Shown piece by piece: positions 37,597 through 46,848 of a stretch of DNA of 64,000 nucleotides. A model generated the notes under the pieces. It searched no databases, was not told where the DNA came from, and saw nothing but the letters and a program-made list of their open reading frames with translations. The DNA lies in NCBI GenBank assembly GCA_949878485.1, contig CATLAM010000001.1, positions 82,363-146,362 on the forward strand, in the 5' to 3' direction. Numbering within the stretch: the first letter of the stretch is position 1; each line of letters opens with the position of its first letter. A program made the translations under genes and the position numbers. The DNA is from an uncultured Eubacteriales bacterium (GTDB lineage Bacteria > Bacillota > Clostridia > Christensenellales > UBA1242).

Positions 37597-38427
37597 TTAA
37601 ATTTTTTGGTTTATAAGCCTTTCAAATGGGCCAACTGTTTTGCCAATTTCCACCTTACTTTTTTCCAAATAACTTTGACAAACAAACGCTTCATCACAAA
37701 TTATGGTGTCAAAAATATAATTTCCACTTTCCAAAATAACATTCTTGCCAATATAACTTTCGCCTTTAATAACATTGTTTGGATAGACAACCGTGCCCGC
37801 TTCAATTTCCACATCAGCATCAATAAAAATTGTTTCTTCTCCAAAGAAAACAACTCCCTGATTTTTGTGATAGTTTAAAATTCTTGATTTCAAAACATTA
37901 AAAGCATAGGAAACACTTTTTGTTGTGTCAATCAAAGAAAAATCTTCTTTGTCAAATTCTTCCACAGAGGTTGAAAGCATAATCTTTGCAGTCTGCAAAA
38001 ATTCTGATTTAAAAACAAACCCACGAGAAAGTTTTAATACATTCATTCTGTGCGATGAAAAATATTTCATAATATCTAAGAAGGTTGACTTTTTCAAAAG
38101 TGGAGTGTCACTGTAAAGCACAGCAACAAATTTAAACCCTTCACAAAGTGGTTTAATCTTTTCCAACAAGTCTTCTTCAGTTGGTTCGTCAATCACTTTT
38201 TGTTGACAGCCAGAAGCAGCCAAAGCCACCCAGTCAATCATCTTTTTTCCCAAGATTTCAAAATTAGACGAAATTTCTTTTTTCGCCTTTACAAGCACAA
38301 CCAAAGTTTCTTCTGCAACCCATTCCACACTTTCGGTGTTTTGCAAAACTTGTGGCACTTGTTCGTTTAAAAAATCAAAGCTTATTTGATTTTCACTTAT
38401 TTCTACATCCAATTCTTCAATTTCCAT
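37597..38427 (-). CDS. Truncated, degenerate GlmU-like protein (possible pseudoenzyme)
   Basis: The segment RILNYHKNQGVVFFGEETIFIDADVEIEAGTVVYPNNVIKGESYIGKNVILE aligns with the linker and first left-handed beta-helix turns of GlmU. LYSDTPLL matches GDTPLL. The LAAGxGTRM loop is absent and the acetyltransferase half is missing. The alternative start is 38448 (ORF track). Confidence 0.55.
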   Translation of the reverse strand: MEIEELDVEISENQISFDFLNEQVPQVLQNTESVEWVAEETLVVLVKAKKEISSNFEILGKKMIDWVALAASGCQQKVIDEPTEEDLLEKIKPLCEGFKFVAVLYSDTPLLKKSTFLDIMKYFSSHRMNVLKLSRGFVFKSEFLQTAKIMLSTSVEEFDKEDFSLIDTTKSVSYAFNVLKSRILNYHKNQGVVFFGEETIFIDADVEIEAGTVVYPNNVIKGESYIGKNVILESGNYIFDTIICDEAFVCQSYLEKSKVEIGKTVGPFERLINQKI

Positions 38428-38439
38428 GATTATATTATA
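38428..38439 (-). promoter_or_regulatory. TATAAT 6 nt before ATG 38427; candidate leaderless promoter
   Basis: Minus strand reads TTATAAT-ATAATC-ATG with no SD. Confidence 0.3.
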
Positions 38440-38518
38440 AACAATCATAAGGAAAAAGTCAAAAATTATGGTGACTTTTTAAAATTTTGCTATTTTATTT
38501 TTAAAAAAGTCACTTGTG

Positions 38519-38533
38519 TGATAAAATGTTGTT
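38519..38533 (+). promoter_or_regulatory. Extended -10 (TGaTAAAAT) 6 nt before ATG 38534; candidate leaderless promoter
   Basis: Plus strand reads TGTGATAAAAT-GTTGTT-ATG with no SD. Confidence 0.35.
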
Positions 38534-39682
38534 ATGAGAAACAAAATAAAACAAAACTTTTTTTCAACCATTTTATTTCTCTTTACACTGATTTGTCTTT
38601 TCGGTGCATTTTTTTTCAGCACAACAGTTGTAAACACCGTAAATGCAAAAACTGATGATTTCACTAAAGAAATTTCATTAAATCAAACAGTAAGCACTGA
38701 TGAATATTTTTCAGTTACTTTATCAGCGACAGGGCGAGATGGCAATCCTTTGGAAGTTTCCGACCCAAAAGATGGATATTTTTGTCTTAACTGGAGAGAT
38801 GTTTCTTTTCTTGAATTTAAACTTACAAATCTTTTGCCAACAAACTCTTACATCAATTTCGAATTTAAACAAATTTTTTGCAAATCAGATGATTTAAATT
38901 TCCCAATCGGCAACGGAACAGAAAATTCCATCTTGACAGGCATGCTTACAAACTCTTCTAAGACTTATCGTTATTACACCGACAAAACTGTCATTTTGCC
39001 AGACGACGAAAATGAAAGTGATGATAAACTGAGAATTGGCGAAGGCTTTGGTCTTTATCAATTTGATTTTGTTTATTCTTATTTTCAATTTAACGATGAA
39101 GATGACGCTGACAAATTGGTGTCTGACAAATCTTTGAAAGTTGCTGTTGCCATATTGCCAGACGACATAAACAAAATTGAGATTCCAAACAACATTACAA
39201 TTTCATATGATGTTTCAAGTTCGGACAAATTTTTAAACATCTATCGCCTTTTTGTTTCCAATGTAAGTGGCGAAAGATTGTCACTTTTCGATTATGTAAA
39301 TCCTGAATGTTTGCAGTGGAATGTGACAGGCACAGATAAAGAAAACATTAAATATGTTTTGTGTCAAGAAACCAAAGACAAAGATGATGCATTCATCACC
39401 TATCGCTGTGTATGGTCAACTCTTGAACGAAACAAAATCACAGGGTCAAGTTTTGTGTTTGACTCCAACAACATTGAAGGAAACTGGAAAGCATTTTTAA
39501 AAATCGTGGACAAAAACGGAAACGAAATAACTACACTGAAAACAAGAGAATTTTCCACAATCAAAATTCCCGCTCCATCTTATTGGTGGGTTTGGCTTTT
39601 AGTGGCACTCAGTATTCTTCTTATCGGCGGAACTATATTCTTAATTGTTTTCATAAAAAAGAAAAAGCAAGGAGTCTGGTAA
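38534..39682 (+). CDS. Type I membrane / secreted hypothetical protein (382 aa)
   Basis: Signal peptide (FFSTILFLFTLICLFGAFFF...VNA) and a C-terminal TM helix (WWVWLLVALSILLIGGTIFLIVFI) followed by KKKKQ. No family recognised. Confidence 0.6.
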   Translation: MRNKIKQNFFSTILFLFTLICLFGAFFFSTTVVNTVNAKTDDFTKEISLNQTVSTDEYFSVTLSATGRDGNPLEVSDPKDGYFCLNWRDVSFLEFKLTNLLPTNSYINFEFKQIFCKSDDLNFPIGNGTENSILTGMLTNSSKTYRYYTDKTVILPDDENESDDKLRIGEGFGLYQFDFVYSYFQFNDEDDADKLVSDKSLKVAVAILPDDINKIEIPNNITISYDVSSSDKFLNIYRLFVSNVSGERLSLFDYVNPECLQWNVTGTDKENIKYVLCQETKDKDDAFITYRCVWSTLERNKITGSSFVFDSNNIEGNWKAFLKIVDKNGNEITTLKTREFSTIKIPAPSYWWVWLLVALSILLIGGTIFLIVFIKKKKQGVW

Positions 39683-40147
39683 ATGTCAAACAATAAAACT
39701 CTTTTAAAAAAGATTGCTGAAATTTCAACTTACTCATTTATTGTCTTAACAATCGCAAGTTTTATAATTGCATCAATAGGAGATTCTTTTAATCCTTTGA
39801 TATATAAAATTGGCGTAATTATGGCGTTTATTTTTGCCGAATTTGGCATATTAAGTTTGGTTTTGTGGTTTTATCTAGGCAGAGAAAACAACAAGAAAGA
39901 CGCTAAAAAATCAGTGGAAATTTGTGGATTAATTTTCTTGTTTATTTTTCTAACACTTATTCTTATTGCTTTCCTTTTATACGCATTTCACTTTACAACA
40001 ATTGCCTACATTCTTTTTGGTTGTTCAATAGGATTAATTCCCGTTTCGTTTGTTTTAAGTGAAATTCATAAAAAAGTTTTAAAATCTAAACAACTTAAAG
40101 GAAAAATTGAAGATATAGCAAATGAAGAAAAAGAAGATGGAATTTAA
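39683..40147 (+). CDS. Small polytopic membrane protein
   Basis: The start ATG directly follows the upstream stop (TAAATG). Four hydrophobic helices. Confidence 0.55.
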   Translation: MSNNKTLLKKIAEISTYSFIVLTIASFIIASIGDSFNPLIYKIGVIMAFIFAEFGILSLVLWFYLGRENNKKDAKKSVEICGLIFLFIFLTLILIAFLLYAFHFTTIAYILFGCSIGLIPVSFVLSEIHKKVLKSKQLKGKIEDIANEEKEDGI

Positions 40148-40165
40148 AATTCCATCCTTTTTTAT
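40136..40165. terminator. Terminator between convergent genes
   Basis: GATGGAAT-TTAAA-ATTCCATC hairpin followed by a T-run, overlapping both gene ends. Confidence 0.65.
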
Positions 40166-40566
40166 AATATGTTGTGAAAACTTGCTCCCATGAAATGTTG
40201 AAAAGTTTCCACATAACTTTTGATAATTTCCAGAGATGTCAAAAATTCAACATCTTCTTCTTCGTTGATGTAAGTCTTTAGTCTGACAATTTCTATTCCA
40301 AGTGCTTCAATGGATTTATGGTTGACCATAAAACATAAACTGCTTTCATCTTGCTTCCAAGAATATTCCATATTATCCACCAAACTTGCCACTTCGCCGT
40401 TTACAATTCCACCATTTTTTTCAATGGCAACTTCAATGTCATAGCAATAATCTTTCACATTTGAAAGCGAATTTATCACAAGTCTGTCTTCTACAACACA
40501 AATTGCAATAAGCACACCGACAATGGCGATAAGTGAAATTAATTTAAACCAACCTACTTTTGTCAT
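40162..40566 (-). CDS. DUF4363-like small membrane-anchored protein
   Basis: N-terminal TM helix and a helical remainder. A 4-nt ATGA overlap with the upstream DUF421 gene matches the usual DUF421-DUF4363 pairing in Firmicutes (recalled). Confidence 0.5.
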   Translation of the reverse strand: MTKVGWFKLISLIAIVGVLIAICVVEDRLVINSLSNVKDYCYDIEVAIEKNGGIVNGEVASLVDNMEYSWKQDESSLCFMVNHKSIEALGIEIVRLKTYINEEEDVEFLTSLEIIKSYVETFQHFMGASFHNIL

Positions 40567-41282
40567 GCTTCCACCTGCCCTAATGGTTTAATTTGCAAAG
40601 TCTGAAACTTTTGCCCAAACTGTTGAACATAAACTGCCCCATTTTTATCCACCGTCAAAATCAAGACATCTTTCACTTTTTTAATGTTTGCTTTGTTTAA
40701 AATTTTGTTTACATCTTCAAGTTTGATTCCAGCTATTTCCAAATTTTCTTTAACGATTTTTCCTTCGTTTATGATGTTTACAGGCACACAAGATTCTTCA
40801 ATTTCAAGTTTCATGTCTTGCACTGTAACAGGTGCAAATTCGCTTTTTGGAAGCACGCTCATTTTTCCGTTGGTTTCCATAATGGCATATTGCACTTGTT
40901 CTATGCTGAAATAACCACAACCCCTGATGGCTTCAAAAACATCGTCAACGGAAATATTCAGATTTTTGATTGCTTTGTAATCTATTCCATCTGGATTAAT
41001 TACAATAACTGGTTTCCCACTTAAAAATGCCGAAAATTTGCCACTTAACTTGCTTAAATAAGTCAAAATAAAATGCAACACAACCAAAGTGAGAAGCGGA
41101 ACAATGCCATGCAAAACTGGCACAGAAACTTCAGCCATTGGAATAGTAGCAAGGTCGGCAATAATAAGCGTCAAAACAAGTTCAAAAGGTTGCATTTGCC
41201 CCAACTGTCTTTTGCCCATAAGTCTGTATAAAAACAGCACCACTAAATAAATAATAACCGCTCTAAATACAATTGTTAACAT
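40563..41282 (-). CDS. DUF421 (YetF-like) membrane protein
   Basis: The sequence RLMGKRQLGQMQPFELVLTLIIADLA is typical of the YetF/DUF421 family. The start is taken at ATG 41282 (MLTIVFRAVIIYL); ORF-track start is 41318. Confidence 0.65.
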   Translation of the reverse strand: MLTIVFRAVIIYLVVLFLYRLMGKRQLGQMQPFELVLTLIIADLATIPMAEVSVPVLHGIVPLLTLVVLHFILTYLSKLSGKFSAFLSGKPVIVINPDGIDYKAIKNLNISVDDVFEAIRGCGYFSIEQVQYAIMETNGKMSVLPKSEFAPVTVQDMKLEIEESCVPVNIINEGKIVKENLEIAGIKLEDVNKILNKANIKKVKDVLILTVDKNGAVYVQQFGQKFQTLQIKPLGQVEA

Positions 41283-41294
41283 GTTTTTATTATA
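41283..41294 (-). promoter_or_regulatory. TATAAT 6 nt before ATG 41282; candidate leaderless promoter
   Basis: Minus strand reads CTTATAAT-AAAAAC-ATG with no SD. Confidence 0.3.
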
Positions 41295-41343
41295 AGTAAA
41301 AAACATTTTTATTTGCATTTAAAAGCGGTTTTTATTAAAAATT

Positions 41344-42882
41344 TCAACTTTTTGCCAGTTTTTTTGCTTTATTTTTCTTTTTCTCGAATTTTTCTTTAAA
41401 ACTTGTGAAATAAACTGAAACATTTACAACATCAAAGACAACACACAAAACCACAAAAATTGACATTCCAATAAGCGTGGAAATCGTAAGGTCAAAAATG
41501 GTTGGTAAGAAATGCCCAAGAAGAGAACTTACAAACGAAGTTATGGCAATAGTTGGAATGGAAAGCAGTGTCAAAATAAGCAAATTCTTTTTGTTGTGAA
41601 CTTTTATTTTAAGTTTCTTTTCAATCATTCGAATGTTTAATATTGATGAAATCACCGTCGACAACCCCATGGCAACAATCAAGGCGTTTATGCCAATAAA
41701 TTGTGGCAAAATCAAAATGGAAAGAAACATGAAAACTCCACCAATTAAATAGTTGATGAAAGACTTAACTTCCAACCCCATAGAGTTTAAAATTGCCGAT
41801 GTGATGTTGGTCACACCAATTGGAACCATAATCCAAGCAGAATATTGAAGAAGTGTTCCACTGAGTGGCTCGCCATAGATGAAAGTGCCAAACTTGTCCC
41901 CTATGGCAATAAAAATTGGTGCAATCAAGAAAGAAATAAACAAAGCAAACAAAATGGATGACTTAACTCGATTTTCCACATGCTTGTGGTCGTTTTGCAC
42001 AAGTGCCATGGAAATGTCAGGAACAAGTGCTGTGGACAGTGAGCCAATTAAAGATGTTGCCACATATAAAAATGGAAATGCCATACCAACTGCCACACCA
42101 TAAAGGCTCATCGCTTGTGTTGAAGTGTAACCCGACGCCATAAGGCGGGCTGGCAGAATCAGTGCAATAAGCGGAGCAGCAAAACTTCCAACAACTCTGA
42201 CACCTGTAATTGGCGCAGACTGACTTATGATGTTTTTATAAATTTTGGTTGGCTTGTTCATCTTACCGCCATATAAGAAATAAAGAAGCATAACAAAGAA
42301 AGCAGAAACAAGGCAAGACAAAGTGAAAGACCAAGCAACAGACATGGCAGATTGCAAAGCAGACATTCCAGAAGCAAGAAGAAGCACGCAAACCACAATC
42401 TTCACAACTTGTTCCAAAAGTTCGGAAACGCAAAGTCCAAAATAGTTATCATTCCCCCACATCGCACCCCTAAACACACAATAAATGGCAGAAAAAATAA
42501 GAGATGGCAAAAGGATGATTAAAATGTAAATGCAATTTGCGTCAGTGAAAAGATTTTTAAATAAATTGCGGAAAAGCAAAATAACCAAACACAAAACTAT
42601 GCTGACAGCCAGTCCAACAAACATTCCAGAAGTGACCAAACTGCCCATGGCTTTTTTATCAGACTTAACTCTGTAATTGGCAGTCATACGCGAAATAATC
42701 AATGTAAAACCGCTGGACACAATGGTTAAAAGGACCATAAAAACGGATAATGCCACTTGATACATTCCAAGTGCTTCTGCACCTATTGCCCTTGAAAGAA
42801 ACACTCGGAAAAAGAATCCAAGCATTCTTGTAAGCAAAGTAAAAACTGTGATAATTGCAACACTTTTAAAGATTGATTTCAT
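41344..42882 (-). CDS. MurJ/SpoVB-family polysaccharide (lipid II) flippase
   Basis: 512 aa with ~14 hydrophobic helices. The N-terminus LLTRMLGFFFRVFLSRAIGAEALGMYQ is typical of MOP-superfamily SpoVB/MurJ proteins. Confidence 0.75.
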   Translation of the reverse strand: MKSIFKSVAIITVFTLLTRMLGFFFRVFLSRAIGAEALGMYQVALSVFMVLLTIVSSGFTLIISRMTANYRVKSDKKAMGSLVTSGMFVGLAVSIVLCLVILLFRNLFKNLFTDANCIYILIILLPSLIFSAIYCVFRGAMWGNDNYFGLCVSELLEQVVKIVVCVLLLASGMSALQSAMSVAWSFTLSCLVSAFFVMLLYFLYGGKMNKPTKIYKNIISQSAPITGVRVVGSFAAPLIALILPARLMASGYTSTQAMSLYGVAVGMAFPFLYVATSLIGSLSTALVPDISMALVQNDHKHVENRVKSSILFALFISFLIAPIFIAIGDKFGTFIYGEPLSGTLLQYSAWIMVPIGVTNITSAILNSMGLEVKSFINYLIGGVFMFLSILILPQFIGINALIVAMGLSTVISSILNIRMIEKKLKIKVHNKKNLLILTLLSIPTIAITSFVSSLLGHFLPTIFDLTISTLIGMSIFVVLCVVFDVVNVSVYFTSFKEKFEKKKNKAKKLAKS

Positions 42883-42945
42883 ATATTGTAATTTATAAAC
42901 AACTTTCGAAATATATTCCTAATATAAGAAAAAGTGAGGTTTAGC

Positions 42946-43110
42946 ATGAGCATTAATAAAACACCATTCCCATTCTATCAAGTTCAAAAGGGCGAAAACT
43001 TGAAGATCATCTCTCAAAAATATAACATAGAAAGCACAAAAATTTTGCTTGACAATCAAATGTCACCCAAACAAATTAAAGAAGGGATGTTTATTATTTT
43101 AAAAAAATAA
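42946..43110 (+). CDS. Small LysM-domain protein (54 aa), absent from the ORF track
   Basis: MSINKTPFPFYQVQKGENLKIISQKYNIESTKILLDNQMSPKQIKEGMFIILKK fits the LysM pattern Y.V.kGdtL..Ia.ky.....l...N......i..Gq.l.i. GTGAGG SD lies 6 nt upstream. Confidence 0.65.
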   Translation: MSINKTPFPFYQVQKGENLKIISQKYNIESTKILLDNQMSPKQIKEGMFIILKK

Positions 43111-43113
43111 AGA

Positions 43114-43851
43114 CTAACTCTCTTTATTTTTTGTTTTAAATTTTTTCTGCATAAACGCTTCAATCTGTTTTTGATATTTAAACGACAGATAAATAAGCAC
43201 TGCTGTCAAAACTGCCAGAACTGCCCATATGCCAAGTCCCCAACCATGGAACGGAATTATATCTCCGCTTCCAAGATAACAAGTTATTAAAATTCCAGAC
43301 GGTCTTGAAATTAAGTTTGTAATCACAAAAAATGCCCAAGACATATCGGTAAGTCCCGCAACCAAGCATAAAATGTCGTCAGGAAAAATTGGTAAAAGCA
43401 TCATAATGACAAAAGAATATTTGGCATTGGTCAAAAATTTACGCCACTTTTCACATGTTTCTTGCCCAACCATGAACACAACCAACTTTCTGCCAAAATG
43501 ACGACCAAGCCAAAACGCTAGCACACTTCCAAGCAAAATTCCTGACAAACTTAAAAAAGCCGATTGAAGTGGGCCGTAAACAAGCACACCTGCCAGTGTG
43601 GTAATAGTCGACGGAATAGGAATGAAAGTTACTTGCAAAAACTGTAACAACACAAAAGTAAGCCTACCCCAAAACCCTAAAGAAAGAATAAGTTGCCTTA
43701 TTTTTTCCACAGAATTAATGTTTTCCCAAACACCAGTCCAAACAAGAATGAAATAAATAAGAGTAAGAAACAACGCTATTGCACCAAAAACGATGCAAGA
43801 ACGAATAATCTTACTCTTCAACGACATTGAGTTTTCTTGTTGCTTGACCAT
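43114..43851 (-). CDS. TVP38/TMEM64 (DedA-related) family membrane protein
   Basis: FLQVTFIPIPSTITTLAGVLVYGP plus GRHFGRKLV are typical of the family. Multi-pass membrane protein. Confidence 0.7.
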   Translation of the reverse strand: MVKQQENSMSLKSKIIRSCIVFGAIALFLTLIYFILVWTGVWENINSVEKIRQLILSLGFWGRLTFVLLQFLQVTFIPIPSTITTLAGVLVYGPLQSAFLSLSGILLGSVLAFWLGRHFGRKLVVFMVGQETCEKWRKFLTNAKYSFVIMMLLPIFPDDILCLVAGLTDMSWAFFVITNLISRPSGILITCYLGSGDIIPFHGWGLGIWAVLAVLTAVLIYLSFKYQKQIEAFMQKKFKTKNKES

Positions 43852-43863
43852 GATTTTATTATA
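43852..43863 (-). promoter_or_regulatory. TATAAT 6 nt before ATG 43851; candidate leaderless promoter
   Basis: Minus strand reads GAATATAAT-AAAATC-ATG with no SD. Confidence 0.35.
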
Positions 43864-43886
43864 TTCAAATTACGAAGAATTAACAA

Positions 43887-45422
43887 TTATGGATTAAATT
43901 CACTTGGATTTGTTTTTTCCAACTTAGTTCTGACCGCTTGTTCACTTGCAGAAGTCACTTTTTGTGGTTTGATAATTTTTACATCACTGGCAGGAATTGT
44001 CATTCCGTCAACTGGATCTTCCACTCCCTCCATAACTACGCCATTTTGTGGTTGATAGAAATCATGTCTGATTTCTTTTTCTTCCACAAGTTCGCCATTC
44101 TTGTAATATTGAATATACCCCTTGCTTTCATAACCTTCGCGTGGATATTTCAAACGATAATATTCCCCTTTATATAAAATCTTGTTGGAATATTCGCCCT
44201 TGCTGTCAGAAACAACTTTATCTCCACTGTGTGGCAAAATCTTAACCAATTCTGCACGGCGTTTAATCGTCACACCATCATCAAACTTTTCGCCATAAAT
44301 TTCCACCTTAACATCGGTGTCATCTGCTGATGTTTTAATGTAAATTGGTGTTTCAAGATTGTTTTTAAAAACCAAATCAGAATAATCGCCAGAAACCATG
44401 GCATCAAAAGAAAGTGGAACATAGGAAGCAGGAAGTGAATGATGGTTTACACTCAAAACTTCAACATCAGCAAGGATTAAAGCGTTATAAAGTGTTGTGG
44501 AAGCCTGACAAACTCCGCCACCAACTCCGTCAACATAAACTCCGCCCACAATGATATGAGCATCTTTATAACCATTTTCCAATGTTCTTGCACCAGTAGT
44601 TTCATTGAATGAAACGGTTTGATTTGGTTGAACAATCATGCCATTAAAACTTTCGATTGCTCGTCTGACATTATTTTTACGATCTGCCGAACTTTTTGCA
44701 TAAGAAGTGGAAAATTCACTTCTTTTGACAACACTTTGTTTCAATTCTTCCAAATTGACATCATTTTCAATTTCAATAATTGGAATTTCTAATCTGACTT
44801 TTCTTGACTTCAATAATGCTTGTTCAAGGTCGTTTGAAAGTTTATCGCGATTGACAAGCACCGCATTATTTCCTTTATCTATGCAAAAAGTTTCTTCTGC
44901 ATCTGGTTGAAACACCAAACTTGCCGAGCGTGCTTCTTGTTCCACTTCGCCAACAATGTCGTTTATTTTTTCATCCAAATTTCCTAAAATGCTGGAATAA
45001 GAAATGTTAAAATCCTTTCCATTTTCTTTTATCTCTTTTTCGCTTAAAAGGTTTTGAAAAAAGTTTCCTGTTCTGCCAAATTTTGCAACTTCCTTAACCA
45101 TAGGTTGAATTTTGTTGGAAACTTCAAAATCAGTTCCATTTAATTGCCAAGTTTTGTCTTTGCAATAAAGTTCGATTTCAATGTCCGAACGCTTTTCCAA
45201 CATGTCAGTCAAAATGACATTTTCTGCTTCTGCAACAGTCATGCCTCCAACGTCCATGCCGTTGATTTTAGTGTTTTCATAAAACTTTCCATTTCCAGAA
45301 ATCGCTTCCGCAAAGAAAAATTGGCAACATAACAAAAGTGCCACTGACAATGCAGAAACACCTATAAACCAAGCAAAACCTTTGCCTTTTTTGTGTTTTT
45401 TTACTTTCTTTTCTTTTTTCAT
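43887..45422 (-). CDS. VanW-family protein with N-terminal anchor and G5-like C-terminus
   Basis: TM helix FAWFIGVSALSVALLLC and a VanW core (GGGVCQASTTLYNALILA). The start is taken at ATG 45422 (MKKEKKVKK); ORF-track start is 45461. Confidence 0.75.
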   Translation of the reverse strand: MKKEKKVKKHKKGKGFAWFIGVSALSVALLLCCQFFFAEAISGNGKFYENTKINGMDVGGMTVAEAENVILTDMLEKRSDIEIELYCKDKTWQLNGTDFEVSNKIQPMVKEVAKFGRTGNFFQNLLSEKEIKENGKDFNISYSSILGNLDEKINDIVGEVEQEARSASLVFQPDAEETFCIDKGNNAVLVNRDKLSNDLEQALLKSRKVRLEIPIIEIENDVNLEELKQSVVKRSEFSTSYAKSSADRKNNVRRAIESFNGMIVQPNQTVSFNETTGARTLENGYKDAHIIVGGVYVDGVGGGVCQASTTLYNALILADVEVLSVNHHSLPASYVPLSFDAMVSGDYSDLVFKNNLETPIYIKTSADDTDVKVEIYGEKFDDGVTIKRRAELVKILPHSGDKVVSDSKGEYSNKILYKGEYYRLKYPREGYESKGYIQYYKNGELVEEKEIRHDFYQPQNGVVMEGVEDPVDGMTIPASDVKIIKPQKVTSASEQAVRTKLEKTNPSEFNP

Positions 45423-45434
45423 GATTCTATTATG
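45423..45434 (-). promoter_or_regulatory. CATAAT 6 nt before ATG 45422; candidate leaderless promoter
   Basis: Minus strand reads CACATAAT-AGAATC-ATG with no SD. Confidence 0.25.
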
Positions 45435-45484
45435 TGAAAAGAAATAAAAATTATCAATCAAACAAAATTTAATTAAAATAAGAA

Positions 45485-45520
45485 AAAATTACTAATTTTA
45501 AAGCAAAAATTAGTAATTTT
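45485..45520 (-). terminator. Terminator hairpin after cca (15-bp perfect inverted repeat)
   Basis: AAAATTACTAATTTT, a 6-nt loop and AAAATTAGTAATTTT. The hairpin overlaps the cca stop and a T-run follows on the minus strand. The stem is almost all A/T, so it is weak. Confidence 0.45.
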
Positions 45521-46733
45521 GAAGATTTTTTTCAATTTCATCCAAAAGCATAGTTTTTTCATTTTGCAACTTGCCGTCAAAAACTTTGCTTAAAAGGTTG
45601 TTTAAAATTCTGTTGTAGCTTCTTTTATCAATATTTTTAAAGTTTTTCTTGATGTCATTTTCATCAATTTTCAAATCTTCCACTCTGATTGTCAAACCAT
45701 GTTCGATGATGTATTTATAAAAGAAATTATATTTTGTTTGAATATGTTTAGATTTGCTTCTTAAAAGCAAACTGATTTCTCCCCAATTTTCAAAATATTT
45801 AAAGAAATATTCTTTGTTGGACATTCCACCAAGAGCATCATAATAGCCACCAAGCAAAACAAAAATTTTCTTGATGATCAAAACAGAAAATCCAAATTGT
45901 TCTTTTAAAAATGTTTCCAAAAACGCTTCAAGGCAATCTGGTTTTTCAGTGTCTATGATGTCAATCAAAAGCCCAAGAAACCTGTCAGAGCATTTAAAAA
46001 CCATAGAATATTTAACTTCACTGTTTTTAAGTCCAAATTCTTTCCAAACGCCGTTAAGTAAACTTAAAGTCCGTTTTAAACTTTTTTTGCTTAAATTAAA
46101 ACGCTCTTGACAGTTTAAAATTTTTTGCACTTCAATAAGTTTTCTGTTCCCACTTATTTCGCTTAAATTAGAAACATGTTTTTTTGCACCTTTAAGTGTG
46201 GCTTTGTCAATTTTGAAATTAAGTTCGCCAGCAATACGCACCATTCGCAAAATTCTTTCTCCATCATGCTTGAAAACTTCGTCTGGAGATATGTTTGCAC
46301 GAATAACTTTCTGAGCAATGTCAACAATTCCATGGTAAAGGTCAACAATTTCATCTTTATTAATGTTGTAATAAATTGAATTGATTGTGAAATCCCGTCT
46401 TACAGCATCTTCTTCAATCTTATCAGTTCGCTCAACCAAATAAGGAACATGTTCTCCACCTTTGTAACTTTCTTTTCGAAAAGCGGTGTATTCATAAGAT
46501 TCATCATCTTTGCTTATAATGATTGTGCCCATTTTAAGATTTTTAATCTTAACTGAAAAGTCAGAATCTTTAAGCCTTTTGGAAACTTCTTCCACATCCA
46601 CACTGGATGTAAGGTCAACATCTGAATATTCCAAACCTAAAATGGCATTTCTGACATAACCGCCAACTATAAACAAGTTTTCAGGAAAAAACTTAGAAAG
46701 TTTTTTAAGGTTGTCTGACACTGCTAAAAACAT
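45510..46733 (-). CDS. cca: CCA-adding enzyme / tRNA nucleotidyltransferase family protein
   Basis: GGYVRNAILG...DVDL and RRDFTINS motifs. The GGAGGA SD favours ATG 46733. Confidence 0.8.
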   Translation of the reverse strand: MFLAVSDNLKKLSKFFPENLFIVGGYVRNAILGLEYSDVDLTSSVDVEEVSKRLKDSDFSVKIKNLKMGTIIISKDDESYEYTAFRKESYKGGEHVPYLVERTDKIEEDAVRRDFTINSIYYNINKDEIVDLYHGIVDIAQKVIRANISPDEVFKHDGERILRMVRIAGELNFKIDKATLKGAKKHVSNLSEISGNRKLIEVQKILNCQERFNLSKKSLKRTLSLLNGVWKEFGLKNSEVKYSMVFKCSDRFLGLLIDIIDTEKPDCLEAFLETFLKEQFGFSVLIIKKIFVLLGGYYDALGGMSNKEYFFKYFENWGEISLLLRSKSKHIQTKYNFFYKYIIEHGLTIRVEDLKIDENDIKKNFKNIDKRSYNRILNNLLSKVFDGKLQNEKTMLLDEIEKNLQNY

Positions 46734-46803
46734 CTTTCCTCCAAATTTTTGCAATATTATATATAATAAACTTAATATAATTTACTAAAAAAGTCAATTA
46801 TAT

Positions 46804-46832
46804 TTGACATTTTGCTGAAAATTTAATAAACT
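46804..46832 (+). promoter_or_regulatory. Sigma-A promoter of the P-type ATPase (TTGACA-17-TAAACT)
   Basis: TTGACA at 46804-46809, a 17-nt spacer and TAAACT at 46827-46832. The ATG lies 16 nt downstream of the -10 with no SD. Confidence 0.45.
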
Positions 46833-46848
46833 AATTAAGTTAAGAAAA

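Noticed and set aside
38455-38515. Repeated AAAAAGTCA / TGACTTTTT elements in the divergent region between the GlmU-like gene and the 38534 gene, considered as an operator.
   Set aside because: These are short A/T-rich inverted repeats in a very AT-rich intergenic region. There is no support beyond chance, and the region is already explained by two candidate promoters.
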